Under the pieces are notes generated by a model. It had not been told where the DNA came from. It saw only the letters and a program-made list of their open reading frames with translations, and searched no databases. Source: a bacterium (lineage in GTDB: Bacteria; Patescibacteriota; Minisyncoccia; Phycocordibacterales; UBA9973). Taken from it: a stretch of 64,000 bases of DNA. Location: NCBI GenBank assembly GCA_037130655.1, contig JBAXSP010000002.1, positions 77,125 to 141,124 of the forward strand, given 5' to 3'. Shown here one piece after another: positions 18,864 to 28,686 of this stretch. How positions within the stretch are numbered: the stretch's first letter is position 1; each line of letters starts with the position of its first letter. Both the position numbers and the translations under genes were made by a program.

Positions 18864-19262
18864 TTATTTCCAATTAATCACGGTGATTGTCAGTTGCAAC
18901 ACCGTCGCAAATGACACCCAAAGCACGTACGGAATATTCCAATACGTCACACTTCTTGCATAGGGGAAAATTGCAATCAATGCCCAGATCAGGGTCACAA
19001 GTACCAGTAAGATATCAATACCTGCCAGTAGATTATTTTTCAATCCAAACTGAATCGGCGTAAAAATGAAATTGAAAAACAAATTCAAGATAAATGGCAA
19101 TGCGACGACAAACGGAATTTGTTTTTGAACTGCCATCAAAAATACTTTTCCGAATGTGACAAAGATAATTGCGTACAAGATTGTCCATACTGGGCCAAAC
19201 AACCAAGACGGTGGTGCCCAAGTCGGCTTCAATAATTCTGCATAGTTTTTGAAATTGTTCAT
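18864..19262 (-). CDS. TspO/MBR-like tryptophan-rich membrane protein
   Basis: WAPPSWLFGPVWTILY matches the TspO N-terminal signature. Confidence 0.6.
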   Translation of the reverse strand: MNNFKNYAELLKPTWAPPSWLFGPVWTILYAIIFVTFGKVFLMAVQKQIPFVVALPFILNLFFNFIFTPIQFGLKNNLLAGIDILLVLVTLIWALIAIFPYARSVTYWNIPYVLWVSFATVLQLTITVINWK

Positions 19263-19263
19263 A

Positions 19264-20172
19264 TTATTTTTTGTTTACAACATCGAGTAAGGCTTCTTTG
19301 ACTGATGGATATTTGAATACATATCCAAGCTGTTGTATCTTATCTGAAGAAATCTTGGCGCTATTGTTGAATGTTTCGGCAAGGTCACCGTATTTGAGAC
19401 GAAGCATAAAAATCGGAATTGAGAACAACACTTTGCGATGCATTACTTCCCCGAAAATCTGCATAAATTGTTTCTGACGAATTGCTTCTGGTGCGCTTGT
19501 ATTGATCGGGCCACTGACGCTCGTATGCTCGAGCGCAAACACATATATCCCTACAATGTCATCAACATGAATCCACGGAAACCATGCTCGCCCACTACCG
19601 ATCCATGCACCAAGTCCGAATTTAAATGGTACAAACAACGGCGCAAGTAATCCCTTGTTGCCGAGCACAAGTGCAGTGCGAATCTGCACACTTCGCACAC
19701 CGAACGTTTCGGCTTTTTGAGCTTCGATTTCCCAATCCTCACACACACTTGCAAGAAAATCTGTTCCAGCTGGAGCACTTTCATTCAGTACTTCCTCACC
19801 CTTATCTCCATAAAATCCAAATGCTGATGCACAGATAAACACTTCGGGTTTGTTCTGCCATGCACTGATAGAGTTCACGATGTTCTCCGTACTATCAATA
19901 CGACTATCGTACACACCTTTTTTGAACGACTCCGTCCAACGACCAAAAATAGTTTTGCCTGCCAGATGAATAATCCCCGTCACTATGCCATCATAATTTG
20001 TCGGCAACAAATCTTTTGATACATCTATTTTAAGAAAAGTTAGACGCTCATGTGAAAACTTCGGCGCGACCATATCACACACAATAATACTATATCCTTT
20101 GTCGAGCAATGTTTGCGTCAATCGTGAACCGATAAATCCCGCACCACCAGTAATGAGAATTGTTTTTTGCAT
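19264..20172 (-). CDS. NAD-dependent epimerase/dehydratase, YfcH/TIGR01777 (DUF1731) type
   Basis: ILITGGAGFIGSRL Rossmann motif with a DUF1731-like C-terminus. Confidence 0.75.
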   Translation of the reverse strand: MQKTILITGGAGFIGSRLTQTLLDKGYSIIVCDMVAPKFSHERLTFLKIDVSKDLLPTNYDGIVTGIIHLAGKTIFGRWTESFKKGVYDSRIDSTENIVNSISAWQNKPEVFICASAFGFYGDKGEEVLNESAPAGTDFLASVCEDWEIEAQKAETFGVRSVQIRTALVLGNKGLLAPLFVPFKFGLGAWIGSGRAWFPWIHVDDIVGIYVFALEHTSVSGPINTSAPEAIRQKQFMQIFGEVMHRKVLFSIPIFMLRLKYGDLAETFNNSAKISSDKIQQLGYVFKYPSVKEALLDVVNKK

Positions 20173-20217
20173 ATGCTATAATTATATCATTAATGAATCA
20201 ATAGATATTTTTATATT

Positions 20218-20601
20218 ATGAATTTCGAACAACCACCCGTACCAAATAACAACGAAAACAAGGAAGTCTCACTGGAAAGTATTTCAAAAGAACTTGGTTT
20301 TATTGAAAATACTGAACTACTTGCAATAAAAAACCAATTCGTCCTTGAATCTGGAACAAGAGTAAACGAAGAGTTAATTACCAAATGGAGATCTACGGCT
20401 GAACAACTGATCGATGACTCTGTTACTGATGGACCAGAAAGAAACAAAGCGATATTAGGATACACTCTTGCATTGGTTGAAATTTACAAAGAATTCAACG
20501 ATGATGAAGAAGCATATTACAACACACTCGACGACGCACTTGATTTGGCAACAAATTTGAAACTTGATGATATCAAGCAAATAATAACTGGATTATATTA
20601 A
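20218..20601 (+). CDS. hypothetical acidic protein
   Basis: ORF only. Confidence 0.4.
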   Translation: MNFEQPPVPNNNENKEVSLESISKELGFIENTELLAIKNQFVLESGTRVNEELITKWRSTAEQLIDDSVTDGPERNKAILGYTLALVEIYKEFNDDEEAYYNTLDDALDLATNLKLDDIKQIITGLY

Positions 20602-20635
20602 TTGAAATAAAAAAATATTTGATTATTTTATAATA

Positions 20636-20668
20636 AAAGAGCGAAACCCGAAGGGTTTCGCTCTTTTG
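20636..20668. terminator. bidirectional terminator (CCGAAGG-loop type)
   Basis: aaaagagcgaaacccgaagggtttcgctctttt. Confidence 0.7.
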
Positions 20669-20676
20669 AATATTAT

Positions 20677-21237
20677 TTACTCCCGTAATCGTTCACCTTT
20701 CGGATTACCAAAACGATAATCGATAGTTCCAACAGTTGCTTTATCAACATTTACTATACCTAACAAATGATCATATTCATGCTGAAGTAGTCGTGCCCAA
20801 AAATCATTATATTCTTCAGTAATAGACTTACCTTCTTCATTAACATACGAAAGTGTAATTACTTTTGGTCTACGAACATCACACCAAACATGACCAGAGC
20901 TTAGACAATTTTCTTTATATAAGTTTGTTTCTTCAGATGTAGAAATTATTTTAGGATTAATATATATTTTAGAAACGTCATCTTTGTACGTAACAAAAAC
21001 AGCCGATCCAATACCTATCTGAGGAGCAGCAAGTCCGACACCAAGACCAGTAACATCTTTATACGCAAGCAGTGTCTGTAGAAGCTGTTTACCTATCTTT
21101 ATACCTTCTTCAAAAGAAACTTCTTCCGCTTTTGTTCGTAATACAGGATTACCAATATAAGTAAGTTCTGGAATTTTTTCAATAATAGTATTTGATCCGT
21201 CATTCAAATCAGTAAGTAGTTGGTTATATTTGTTCAT
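20677..21237 (-). CDS. def: peptide deformylase
   Basis: GLAAPQIG, EGCLS-equivalent (ENCLS) and HEYDHLLG metal-binding motifs. Confidence 0.9.
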   Translation of the reverse strand: MNKYNQLLTDLNDGSNTIIEKIPELTYIGNPVLRTKAEEVSFEEGIKIGKQLLQTLLAYKDVTGLGVGLAAPQIGIGSAVFVTYKDDVSKIYINPKIISTSEETNLYKENCLSSGHVWCDVRRPKVITLSYVNEEGKSITEEYNDFWARLLQHEYDHLLGIVNVDKATVGTIDYRFGNPKGERLRE

Positions 21238-21255
21238 ATAGTCCTTAGATTTAAC

Positions 21256-21837
21256 TTAGATCGCCTTTCCGTCACCCAAACCCATTTGAGCTTTGTAGTG
21301 TTCAATAACTTCTGGATGTTTACCCTCTTTGCATTCTGCTACAAATTTTTCACTACTTGCACCATCAGGAAAAGACATGTACGAAAGTGCTGATTCGCAC
21401 ACTACATTGATATTGAGTTTACCGTTTACTGCAGGGGTAACAGAAATAACGTCGATAACTTTCGTAACCGTAAAAATTCCTTTCATATTGTATTTCGCCC
21501 ATTGATCAGTACTGAGTGCTTCTTTGATAACAACGAAACCTTCTGCTGTGATATGTGCACCACTTTGGAATTGATTCATTGCATCAGCTGATTCACCGAA
21601 GTTTACAGCGTAGTAATCACCATCATCAGTCTTCATTCCAAAAGCACATTCCATTGTTTGTGGACCAGTGGTGTCCATATGTGGCAAACAAGTAAATGAA
21701 CCTGAGAGTGTTACATTTTGCGGTGTTGCATCAAGTGGCGCCGGTGCGTTTTGATGAAAACGAAGTGCGAAATACACTCCCACACAAGTAGCGATAACGA
21801 TCAAAACTGCAACAATATTTTTATATGTAGTATTCAT
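21256..21837 (-). CDS. hypothetical secreted protein
   Basis: N-terminal signal anchor. Confidence 0.45.
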   Translation of the reverse strand: MNTTYKNIVAVLIVIATCVGVYFALRFHQNAPAPLDATPQNVTLSGSFTCLPHMDTTGPQTMECAFGMKTDDGDYYAVNFGESADAMNQFQSGAHITAEGFVVIKEALSTDQWAKYNMKGIFTVTKVIDVISVTPAVNGKLNINVVCESALSYMSFPDGASSEKFVAECKEGKHPEVIEHYKAQMGLGDGKAI

Positions 21838-21905
21838 ACAATAGAGTATATCATCAATTGATGCTCAATAAAAAATACCCTTTCGGGTATTTTTTATTGT
21901 ATCTA

Positions 21906-22298
21906 TTATTCCGGTTGCTTATATTGTGAAAGTCCAAGAATATTCCCTTCAGAATCTTTGAACCATGCAAGGAAACCGTATTCCCCATTTTCTCCGAGTG
22001 CTGTTTTGCCACGAACGATTGTTCCGCCATTTACTTCAATTTTTTGAAGCGTCGCATCGATATCTTCTGTTTGCATATAAAACATCGGATGAGGCATTTC
22101 AGGATCTCTTTTACTCGAACCACCATTGATAAATCCTGGTTCAGTCGGTTGCATTTTTTCATTCACTGGGCCAGTCTGCCAACTTGTATATTTCATTGCC
22201 TCCCATTCAAATGGTTTCCAATCAAATACTTCTTGATAAAATTTGTTCGCCCGTTCCTTGTCATCCCAAGGAAATTCAAAATGGATTACTTTGTTCAT
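21906..22298 (-). CDS. VOC (glyoxalase/bleomycin-resistance) family protein
   Basis: ~130-aa size and pattern (HFEFP ... GGT ... GNILGL). Confidence 0.6.
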   Translation of the reverse strand: MNKVIHFEFPWDDKERANKFYQEVFDWKPFEWEAMKYTSWQTGPVNEKMQPTEPGFINGGSSKRDPEMPHPMFYMQTEDIDATLQKIEVNGGTIVRGKTALGENGEYGFLAWFKDSEGNILGLSQYKQPE

Positions 22299-22387
22299 AT
22301 AGAGTGATTATAACATCAAATGAATTTGAGAAGGAATATTTTAATTTAAATGACAATTAAGGAATTCTTTTAGATTAAATGCTTAAT

Positions 22388-24481
22388 TTACCACTTTAGA
22401 GCAATTTCTTTAAAAGCATTTAAAACCAATATTTTCCCTTCTTTGTTAAAATATTTATGTTTTATTGGACCAGTAGGTTTTCCGGTTGATCTTGTACGAG
22501 CGTGAGATAATTCACTTTCAAGTCTTTTATCATGAATACTTTTTGCCATTGCAAAAATACAAGGATACTTCCTCGCAAAGGGACTTCTATTACTACTTAT
22601 TGAACCTCCAATATTTCCAAGAATATGATTACCTATTGTAGGATCATGAAGAAACAGCGAGTTAAGCACTAAATCATTAAATACATCCATATAATTTACC
22701 CACGCGGTGATATTTATTGCTGCCTCCTTTCTACAATTAAAGGCTAGTGTGCAGGCTTGTTTGTAATTAGATCCAAAGATTGTTTTCCAGTCTATGGTTG
22801 TAATACTTTGCCCTAACCATTTATTGAAATGTATTTCAATAGCACACCAACTCGCTCCAGCTGGCATTCTACTTATTAAGCCTGTTTCTTTTAGAATTGC
22901 AGCTGCTCTTAAGTTTATTTTTTTCTTTTGCCCAGTTAGAGCAATATTACGTTTTACCATTATGACTGCGGCGGAACAAGCAGTATCATTTGAATCATCT
23001 CTAATTTTTTCATTTAGTAATTGTGATAAAAAATTTGGAGCAATATTACCATTATCAAGAGACTGGACTAGAGAGGATCTTGCGTACCACTCTTTTGCCC
23101 CAAGGGCGAACCGCATCTGTTTTTCTGTATTTATCAAATTATTCCTTACAACCGGACGACCTATAGCAACATGTAAAACAATGTCATCACCAAGAACATT
23201 TGGGCGCCACTCTTTCTTTAATAACTCTTGAACTCGTGCGACTTGTCCCGATCTAACCCTTCCATCTAAGGTTTCAAAAAGAGCTGCTGTAATAGCAGAG
23301 TAAACAGGCTTAGTTATAATTTCATTAATTATTAAATTAACAACACTATCTGGTAAAAAATCATATCTCTGAAAATATTTAAGTGTCGTTTCAAAATTAG
23401 ATGGATTTTCCTTAAATAAACGCCATACACGACTGTTTATTTTAGAAGACGGTATTGCATGAGCTAAAAGATACTTAAAACGTGTTTGATTACTTATTTT
23501 ATAACCTTTAGTTAAAGCAATAATTCTTTTTTGTAATTTATCCTGATTAACAAACTTCCACTTAATGGCTGATTCAGTTGGATTACTTACTGATTTTAAT
23601 TCCTCTTCAATATTTTTTACCTCATGAATTTCTATCTTACTACTCTGAGGAAATAGACCGATATTTTTACTAAGCCTATCAAATTGTATAAGCATTAGTC
23701 GTAATTCTTTCTCCGAAGATGCAAATAGTCTTATATCATCAACATAGCGCATGTAACGCATTTGAGGAGGATTACCATATTTAACATCGAAATACTTTAA
23801 AACAACTTCTGACAGTAAGCCTGAAGCAAGTGGCCCCTGAGGTATTCCGTGATTATGATAAATTTGTGATGACTGATTTCCTGTCCACTTACTTAGACAA
23901 GAAATTAATATATCGATAAATTCATCATCGCATTTTATTTCCTTTAAAAAATGACGAAGAACCTTATGATCAATACTGTCATAACATGCGGTTAGATCAA
24001 AACTTGCGCTATATGTTAGACCATTATTAAATGCATCTCTAGCGGCATCATTAAATTTCTTATATCCATCTGACCATTTTCTATAAAACCAAACACTGCT
24101 TTTACCAGCATAGAGGTTACCGAAATTCTTTAAATAATAATTTGATTTTATTCCAGGAATAACAACAAGGTGTTCTGCGATTATATTTACCATAGCCTGA
24201 TAAACGATTTGATCCTCAACTGTTAGTAGTGTATAACCACGAAGAATACCTGAAGATTTTGGAATAAAAATTTTACATCCATGACTAGGTTCATAAGTCT
24301 TAGATTTAATTTGGTTTGATAAATCATCTAATATATAATCTTCTATTATTGAATATTCAGAATAAAGTTCTCGAAAATAATCTTTATACCTTCTATCCGG
24401 ATTACTTTTTATCCATCTCCACGCTCTTTTAAGGTTGTCTTTATCGAAAACTTCGTTCATTGTTGGTATTTTTCTTGGCAT
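22388..24481 (-). CDS. reverse transcriptase, UG/Abi-like single-gene type with a large alpha-helical C-terminal domain
   Basis: RT motifs 1 (IPKSSGILRGYTL), 3 (SFDLTACYDSIDH), 4 (GIPQGPLASGLLSEV), 5 (YMRYVDDIRLFA) and 6/7 (GLFPQSSKIEI), followed by ~380 aa of non-RT sequence. The ORF-track start at 24592 reads through repeat B. The Met at 24481 (MPRKIPTMNEVF) is the more likely start. Confidence 0.8.
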   Translation of the reverse strand: MPRKIPTMNEVFDKDNLKRAWRWIKSNPDRRYKDYFRELYSEYSIIEDYILDDLSNQIKSKTYEPSHGCKIFIPKSSGILRGYTLLTVEDQIVYQAMVNIIAEHLVVIPGIKSNYYLKNFGNLYAGKSSVWFYRKWSDGYKKFNDAARDAFNNGLTYSASFDLTACYDSIDHKVLRHFLKEIKCDDEFIDILISCLSKWTGNQSSQIYHNHGIPQGPLASGLLSEVVLKYFDVKYGNPPQMRYMRYVDDIRLFASSEKELRLMLIQFDRLSKNIGLFPQSSKIEIHEVKNIEEELKSVSNPTESAIKWKFVNQDKLQKRIIALTKGYKISNQTRFKYLLAHAIPSSKINSRVWRLFKENPSNFETTLKYFQRYDFLPDSVVNLIINEIITKPVYSAITAALFETLDGRVRSGQVARVQELLKKEWRPNVLGDDIVLHVAIGRPVVRNNLINTEKQMRFALGAKEWYARSSLVQSLDNGNIAPNFLSQLLNEKIRDDSNDTACSAAVIMVKRNIALTGQKKKINLRAAAILKETGLISRMPAGASWCAIEIHFNKWLGQSITTIDWKTIFGSNYKQACTLAFNCRKEAAINITAWVNYMDVFNDLVLNSLFLHDPTIGNHILGNIGGSISSNRSPFARKYPCIFAMAKSIHDKRLESELSHARTRSTGKPTGPIKHKYFNKEGKILVLNAFKEIALKW

Positions 24482-24545
24482 AGATTTTTTATATCTTAAG
24501 TAAAACATATAATATACTTTAGATATCAATCTGACAAATAAGAAA

Positions 24546-24672
24546 TCTCTCCTTACAAAGGGAGGTATACCTTTTGGATATATTTTTCGCAAAGCTCAAA
24601 TCTACCTCAAAAGCTTTTCGAATCCGTCCTCCTGTTTTGTTGCAACAAAACAGTTGCGGAAGTTCCCCAGCA
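24546..24672 (+). repeat. family-1 structured repeat, copy B (antisense to the RT and tRNA-Gln, ends in a tRNA-Gln 3'-end mimic)
   Basis: SL1 ctccTTACAaagggag, core tataccttttggatatatttttcgc...ctcaaatctacctcaaaag, then ttcgaatccgtcctc, hairpin ctgttttgttgcaacaaaacag, and agttccccagca (identical to the tRNA-Gln acceptor 3' strand). Confidence 0.75.
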
Positions 24673-24720
24673 AATGAAAAAATACCCAAATTGGGTATTT
24701 TTTCATTTGCTGGGGAACTA
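24661..24720. repeat. 60-nt perfect inverted repeat enclosing the 3' end of tRNA-Gln
   Basis: agttccccagcaaatgaaaaaataccc / gggtattttttcatttgctggggaact. No U-tract follows on either strand. Confidence 0.85.
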
Positions 24721-24780
24721 GGATTCGAACCTAGATAGTCGGAACCAAAATCCGAAGTCCTACCATTAGACGATTCCCCA
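24710..24780 (-). tRNA. tRNA-Gln (UUG)
   Basis: Hand-folded cloverleaf: acceptor TGGGGAA/TTCCCCA, anticodon stem TCGGA/TCCGA with loop TTTTGGT, T-arm CTAGG-TTCGAAT-CCTAG, discriminator G. CCA is not encoded. Confidence 0.75.
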
Positions 24781-24829
24781 ATATTATTGATTTGTATAGA
24801 CAATATACCAAATTTTCAAGAAAAATCAA

Positions 24830-25105
24830 TTGATTGTTATAATAAAGCCAATGCCCTATCATACCTATATTCTTGAGTGTGCCGACAAGACACTGTATGT
24901 CGGTTCAACCAACAAATTGGAAAAGCGCCTGCATGAACACAACAATCTCAAAAGTGGTGCACATTACACCAAAATCCGCCGACCGGTGGTACTCAAATAT
25001 TCCGAAGAATGTGAATCTTATGCCGAGGCCCGTAAGAAAGAAGGTTTCTGGAAGAAAATGTCTCGACAAGAAAAACTCGAATTAATTAACCAAAACAATA
25101 TATAA
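24830..25105 (+). CDS. GIY-YIG nuclease family protein
   Basis: YILECADKTLYVGSTNKLEKRLHEHN. Confidence 0.8.
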   Translation: MIVIIKPMPYHTYILECADKTLYVGSTNKLEKRLHEHNNLKSGAHYTKIRRPVVLKYSEECESYAEARKKEGFWKKMSRQEKLELINQNNI

Positions 25106-25113
25106 TAAAAGTT

Positions 25114-25758
25114 ATGAAAAAAATCTATTTTGTACGACACGGACAAAGTGAAGGAAATGCCGGAAATATTCGACAAATGACAGAAACACCTTTAACTGAA
25201 CTTGGTATCAAACAATCTGAATTTATTGCGGACCGAATCAGAACACTCTCTATTGAAAAAATTGTTTCAAGTACCATGTTTCGCGCCAAACAAACGACGG
25301 AAATTATTTCTAAAAAAGTAACTGCACCAATTGAATATTCAGATCTTTTTGTAGAGCGACGGCGACCAAGCGAACAATATGGAATCCCCAAAGATGACCC
25401 TGTTTCTTTAAATGCAGAAAGATTGATTCGTGAAAATTTTGCAGTCAATTTAGAATATCATTATTCTGACGAAGAAAACTTTTTGGATTTAAAAAATAGA
25501 GCAAATAGAGCATTGCAATTTTTAATAAATCTTCCAGAAGACAATATTCTTGTTGTCATACATGGTCATTTTTTGAAAATCATCATAGCTTATGCAATTT
25601 TTGGAGAAAATCTTACTGCAAACGAATGCGAGAGTTTTATGAGATCTTTCCGAATGAATAATACTGGTATTACACTAATTAGCTACAAAGAAGATAACTT
25701 GAGCGATCCATGGAATATCGAAACATGGAATGATGTATCTCATTTAGAAGAACTATAA
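25114..25758 (+). CDS. histidine phosphatase (phosphoglycerate-mutase-like) family protein
   Basis: IYFVRHGQSEGN catalytic RHG motif. Confidence 0.8.
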   Translation: MKKIYFVRHGQSEGNAGNIRQMTETPLTELGIKQSEFIADRIRTLSIEKIVSSTMFRAKQTTEIISKKVTAPIEYSDLFVERRRPSEQYGIPKDDPVSLNAERLIRENFAVNLEYHYSDEENFLDLKNRANRALQFLINLPEDNILVVIHGHFLKIIIAYAIFGENLTANECESFMRSFRMNNTGITLISYKEDNLSDPWNIETWNDVSHLEEL

Positions 25759-25763
25759 AAATT

Positions 25764-26369
25764 ATGAAAAAAATTGGTGGTGGTTGGCAATATAGCGTTT
25801 ATGATTTGGAAAATGGAAGGGTCATCAAAAAACCCAATACTTTTTGGCAGGCATATTGGACGATTTTCTTTTATCGTTTCCCCAAAAATGTTTTTCATAC
25901 TGACCGAAGAATTTGTCGGATAAACGCTGACGCGCAAAAATCACTAGTTTTTTTGAAAACACTATTGTCTATTATTGGTTCTGAATTTGGTAATCCAATA
26001 ATTCACGATGACTATTCATATGAACAGGACAAGGTTGTTCCCGTGAAAACATATTTCAAAATTCATTCATTTGAAGAAAATAAAAAGATTGTTGATCAAT
26101 ATATTGCTCAAGTTTTCTTATTCTGGAGTTATGGTTTTGGTGAACGACCATTTAAATTGACGAATAATTACGGCGTAACAAAAGAAGGAAAACTAGTATT
26201 TTTTGATTTAGGAGAATTATATTTCACCAAAGAAAAAGCGTATGAACGAGTAGCTTCGAGACATTGGGACAGAACCCCTATCTCTGACTCAAAACTACAA
26301 AAATATTACATAGGACAAATGGATAAAAATTACACGATTGAGAATATAGAAAAATACTGGAAAAAGTAA
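25764..26369 (+). CDS. hypothetical protein
   Basis: ORF only. Confidence 0.4.
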   Translation: MKKIGGGWQYSVYDLENGRVIKKPNTFWQAYWTIFFYRFPKNVFHTDRRICRINADAQKSLVFLKTLLSIIGSEFGNPIIHDDYSYEQDKVVPVKTYFKIHSFEENKKIVDQYIAQVFLFWSYGFGERPFKLTNNYGVTKEGKLVFFDLGELYFTKEKAYERVASRHWDRTPISDSKLQKYYIGQMDKNYTIENIEKYWKK

Positions 26370-26419
26370 TTAGCCTATGTTAGGATGTTTTTGAGTTTAT
26401 AAAATGCTCATATAAAATA

Positions 26420-26752
26420 ATGAATATAGTACACACATTACCGCCCTTTATGGGTGAAGGGTCCATTGGACCTCACGTAAGTCCCCTTCACGCTTTCCTT
26501 TGTGGAGCTAGGTACGGACACGATCTCCAATTTGATAAAGAATTCGGAGAAATGACCGCCGCCGCTCTAAAAATGTGGCAGGAAGACAATCGCTTAGAAA
26601 ATGATTCATGTTTTGGCCCAGAAAGCCGCAAATGGGCAAAATCTGAGTACGGTTTTGACTTTGAGGCTATCTGCAAAACAATTCAAGGAGAGACTACTTT
26701 CTGTGATCCTCTTCATCAGGAAGAATCAGTCATCTACAAAAACGCCGAGTAA
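26420..26752 (+). CDS. putative peptidoglycan-binding-domain protein
   Basis: GxxVxxLQ...DGxFGxxT-like spacing (GPHVSPLHAFL...DKEFGEMTAAALKMWQ...DSCFGPESRKW). Confidence 0.4.
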   Translation: MNIVHTLPPFMGEGSIGPHVSPLHAFLCGARYGHDLQFDKEFGEMTAAALKMWQEDNRLENDSCFGPESRKWAKSEYGFDFEAICKTIQGETTFCDPLHQEESVIYKNAE

Positions 26753-26770
26753 AAGCACCTGCTTTTACTA

Positions 26771-26805
26771 AAAAGCGGAAGATAGAATCTTCCGCTTTTT
26801 TTTAT
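26771..26805 (+). terminator. rho-independent terminator
   Basis: aaaagcggaagatagaatcttccgcttttttttt. Confidence 0.7.
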
Positions 26806-26824
26806 TTTTACTAGCACCTAGAGC

Positions 26825-27865
26825 CTAGTTGCCTAGAGCCTCTGTGCTTTTCGCCACAAACAATTCAAGTGGTAGAAATGGTAATGGAGAGTTTTTTATT
26901 ATCAAACCATAGTGAAGGAATGATTCGATTGTTTTTGATTGAGCAATTGGAGATTTCTTTGCAACCATTGTTTTGATGATTTCAACTTCCCGTTCAGAGA
27001 AACTCGCAAGCATCTTTTCTCCCATCGTTGCTGATGCACGAAGTGTGAGCATTGCATGTAATCGTTTCAAAATTGATTGGAACAAGATGTAGGCACTTGC
27101 ACCATTTGCTTCAAGTGTACGAATAACTCCTATCGCCTTCTCTGTATCGTTTTCAAATAGTGCGGTCAAGAAATCTGCAATATGCGCAGAAGTTGGTGCA
27201 CCAACCAAATTTGCAACGACAACATCAGAAACTTTCTTACCTTCGGTCGCACTCAAGACCTTTTGTAATGTCGAGAGTGTATCACGAAAAGCTCCGTCAC
27301 CTGAGAGTGCCACCAATTCTGCATCCTCTTTCGAGATTTCATATCCTTCAGCTTTGGCAACTTTTGCGACGTATTCTGCAAGCATTGCTTCGTTTGGCTT
27401 TTTCAATTTGTAGGTCTCACAACGAGAAACAATTGTCTCTGGTACTTTTTCAAGTTCAGTTGTTGCAAGAATAAACAGTGCATATGCAGGTGGTTCTTCG
27501 AGTGTTTTCAAAAGTGCGTTGAAAGCTTCTTTTGTTAGCATGTGCACTTCGTCGATGATATAGACTTTGTATTTTGAATTAAACGGCATCGTGTAGATGT
27601 TTTCTTTCAAATCTCGAATGTCATCAATACTTCTGTTTGAAGCACCATCCATTTCGTACAAGTCTGACGGACTAGTACCGAGCTCATGAGCAATGATACG
27701 AGCAAGGGTTGTCTTCCCTGTTCCACGAGAACCAGTAAAGAGATATGCGTGGGCTGGTGTACCCTTGGCCAAAGAACTCGCCAAAGCTGACACGACGTGA
27801 TCTTGTCCGATAACTTGTTCGAATGTTTGTGGTCGATATTTGCGATAAAGTGCGATTGAATCCAT
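26825..27865 (-). CDS. dnaX: DNA polymerase III subunit gamma/tau (short form)
   Basis: YRPQTFEQVIGQDHV, Walker A GSRGTGKTT, and clamp-loader box motifs. Confidence 0.8.
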   Translation of the reverse strand: MDSIALYRKYRPQTFEQVIGQDHVVSALASSLAKGTPAHAYLFTGSRGTGKTTLARIIAHELGTSPSDLYEMDGASNRSIDDIRDLKENIYTMPFNSKYKVYIIDEVHMLTKEAFNALLKTLEEPPAYALFILATTELEKVPETIVSRCETYKLKKPNEAMLAEYVAKVAKAEGYEISKEDAELVALSGDGAFRDTLSTLQKVLSATEGKKVSDVVVANLVGAPTSAHIADFLTALFENDTEKAIGVIRTLEANGASAYILFQSILKRLHAMLTLRASATMGEKMLASFSEREVEIIKTMVAKKSPIAQSKTIESFLHYGLIIKNSPLPFLPLELFVAKSTEALGN

Positions 27866-28078
27866 CCGGTAGTGAGAAATGGCATTATGTGTTCTGCCAT
27901 TTTACGTTAAGTTAGTTAAAAATTCTTCTAAATTTGCTAATCAATATATTATTTAATTCCAGATTGTACACATATGGCAATGCCATTATCTACTACCGGA
28001 TCCATGAGGCAATTATAGCAAGAATTTGAAGAAAATAAAAAACCACTTATGATGAGTGGTTTTTGAAATCATTAGCAA

Positions 28079-28648
28079 TTATTTCAGCAATGCGTCACAG
28101 ATACTTATTTTGGAACCTTCGTGAAAATTATAATAATTGTCGAACACATCGAGAATATCCATAATTTCAACTTTATCAAGTTTCCTGAACTCTTTCTTCG
28201 GCTCGATCGGCATAACTCTACCGTTCGGATTTGCCGTAACCATCAAAGAATAACTAGGAGTATCGTTCAGTGGACTGACGTAGTGCCAGCCATTTTTTTC
28301 TGTCATAGTATAAACAGATGTTGGTGCAAGCATTATTTCAGAATCAATACACACAGGAGCTTCTTCATTTTCTGAATGACCGATTCCCATTTCATAAGCA
28401 CCTTTAACAATTCTTATCACAGAATCCCACGGATGCGGATGAAATAGTGCTTCTTTTTTTGAATCACACGACTCGATCTTGTGCAAATAAATTCGATATT
28501 TACCCGATTGAAACCAGATCCGTTTTACAAAAGGTTGGTGATAGTCGATATACATAGAGTGTAATTCTTCTTTATGATCTAGAAGCAAATGACTTAATCT
28601 CATTTCGATATCATGTAAGACATCTTTCATTATAAAGTTTTTATCCAT
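28079..28648 (-). CDS. hypothetical protein
   Basis: ORF only. Confidence 0.4.
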   Translation of the reverse strand: MDKNFIMKDVLHDIEMRLSHLLLDHKEELHSMYIDYHQPFVKRIWFQSGKYRIYLHKIESCDSKKEALFHPHPWDSVIRIVKGAYEMGIGHSENEEAPVCIDSEIMLAPTSVYTMTEKNGWHYVSPLNDTPSYSLMVTANPNGRVMPIEPKKEFRKLDKVEIMDILDVFDNYYNFHEGSKISICDALLK

Positions 28649-28686
28649 TTTGATATGTTTTTATCCAAACAGACTATATATGAAAG

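Noticed and set aside
24482-24592. N-terminal 37-aa extension of the RT ORF (MRKIYPKGIPPF...)
   Set aside because: The extension is encoded by the reverse complement of repeat copy B, whose conserved core would translate to KIYPKG wherever it occurs. An internal Met with MPRKIPTMNEVF is the plausible start.
24482-24710. Retron msr/msd ncRNA upstream of the RT
   Set aside because: The structured sequence there is copy B of a 7-copy dispersed family and lies antisense to the RT. No a1/a2 repeat pair flanking a unique msd region could be found. Left open only as a hypothesis that the RT acts on the whole family.
24661-24720. The long inverted repeat as a plain intrinsic terminator of tRNA-Gln
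   Set aside because: No U-tract follows the stem on either strand, and the stem includes the mature tRNA acceptor strand itself.
24519-24803. 94-aa minus-strand ORF
   Set aside because: It overlaps tRNA-Gln and the 60-nt inverted repeat completely.
26815-26840. Direct repeat cctagagcct x2 at the dnaX stop
   Set aside because: Short (10 nt), overlaps coding sequence and has no partner elsewhere in the window. Probably coincidental.
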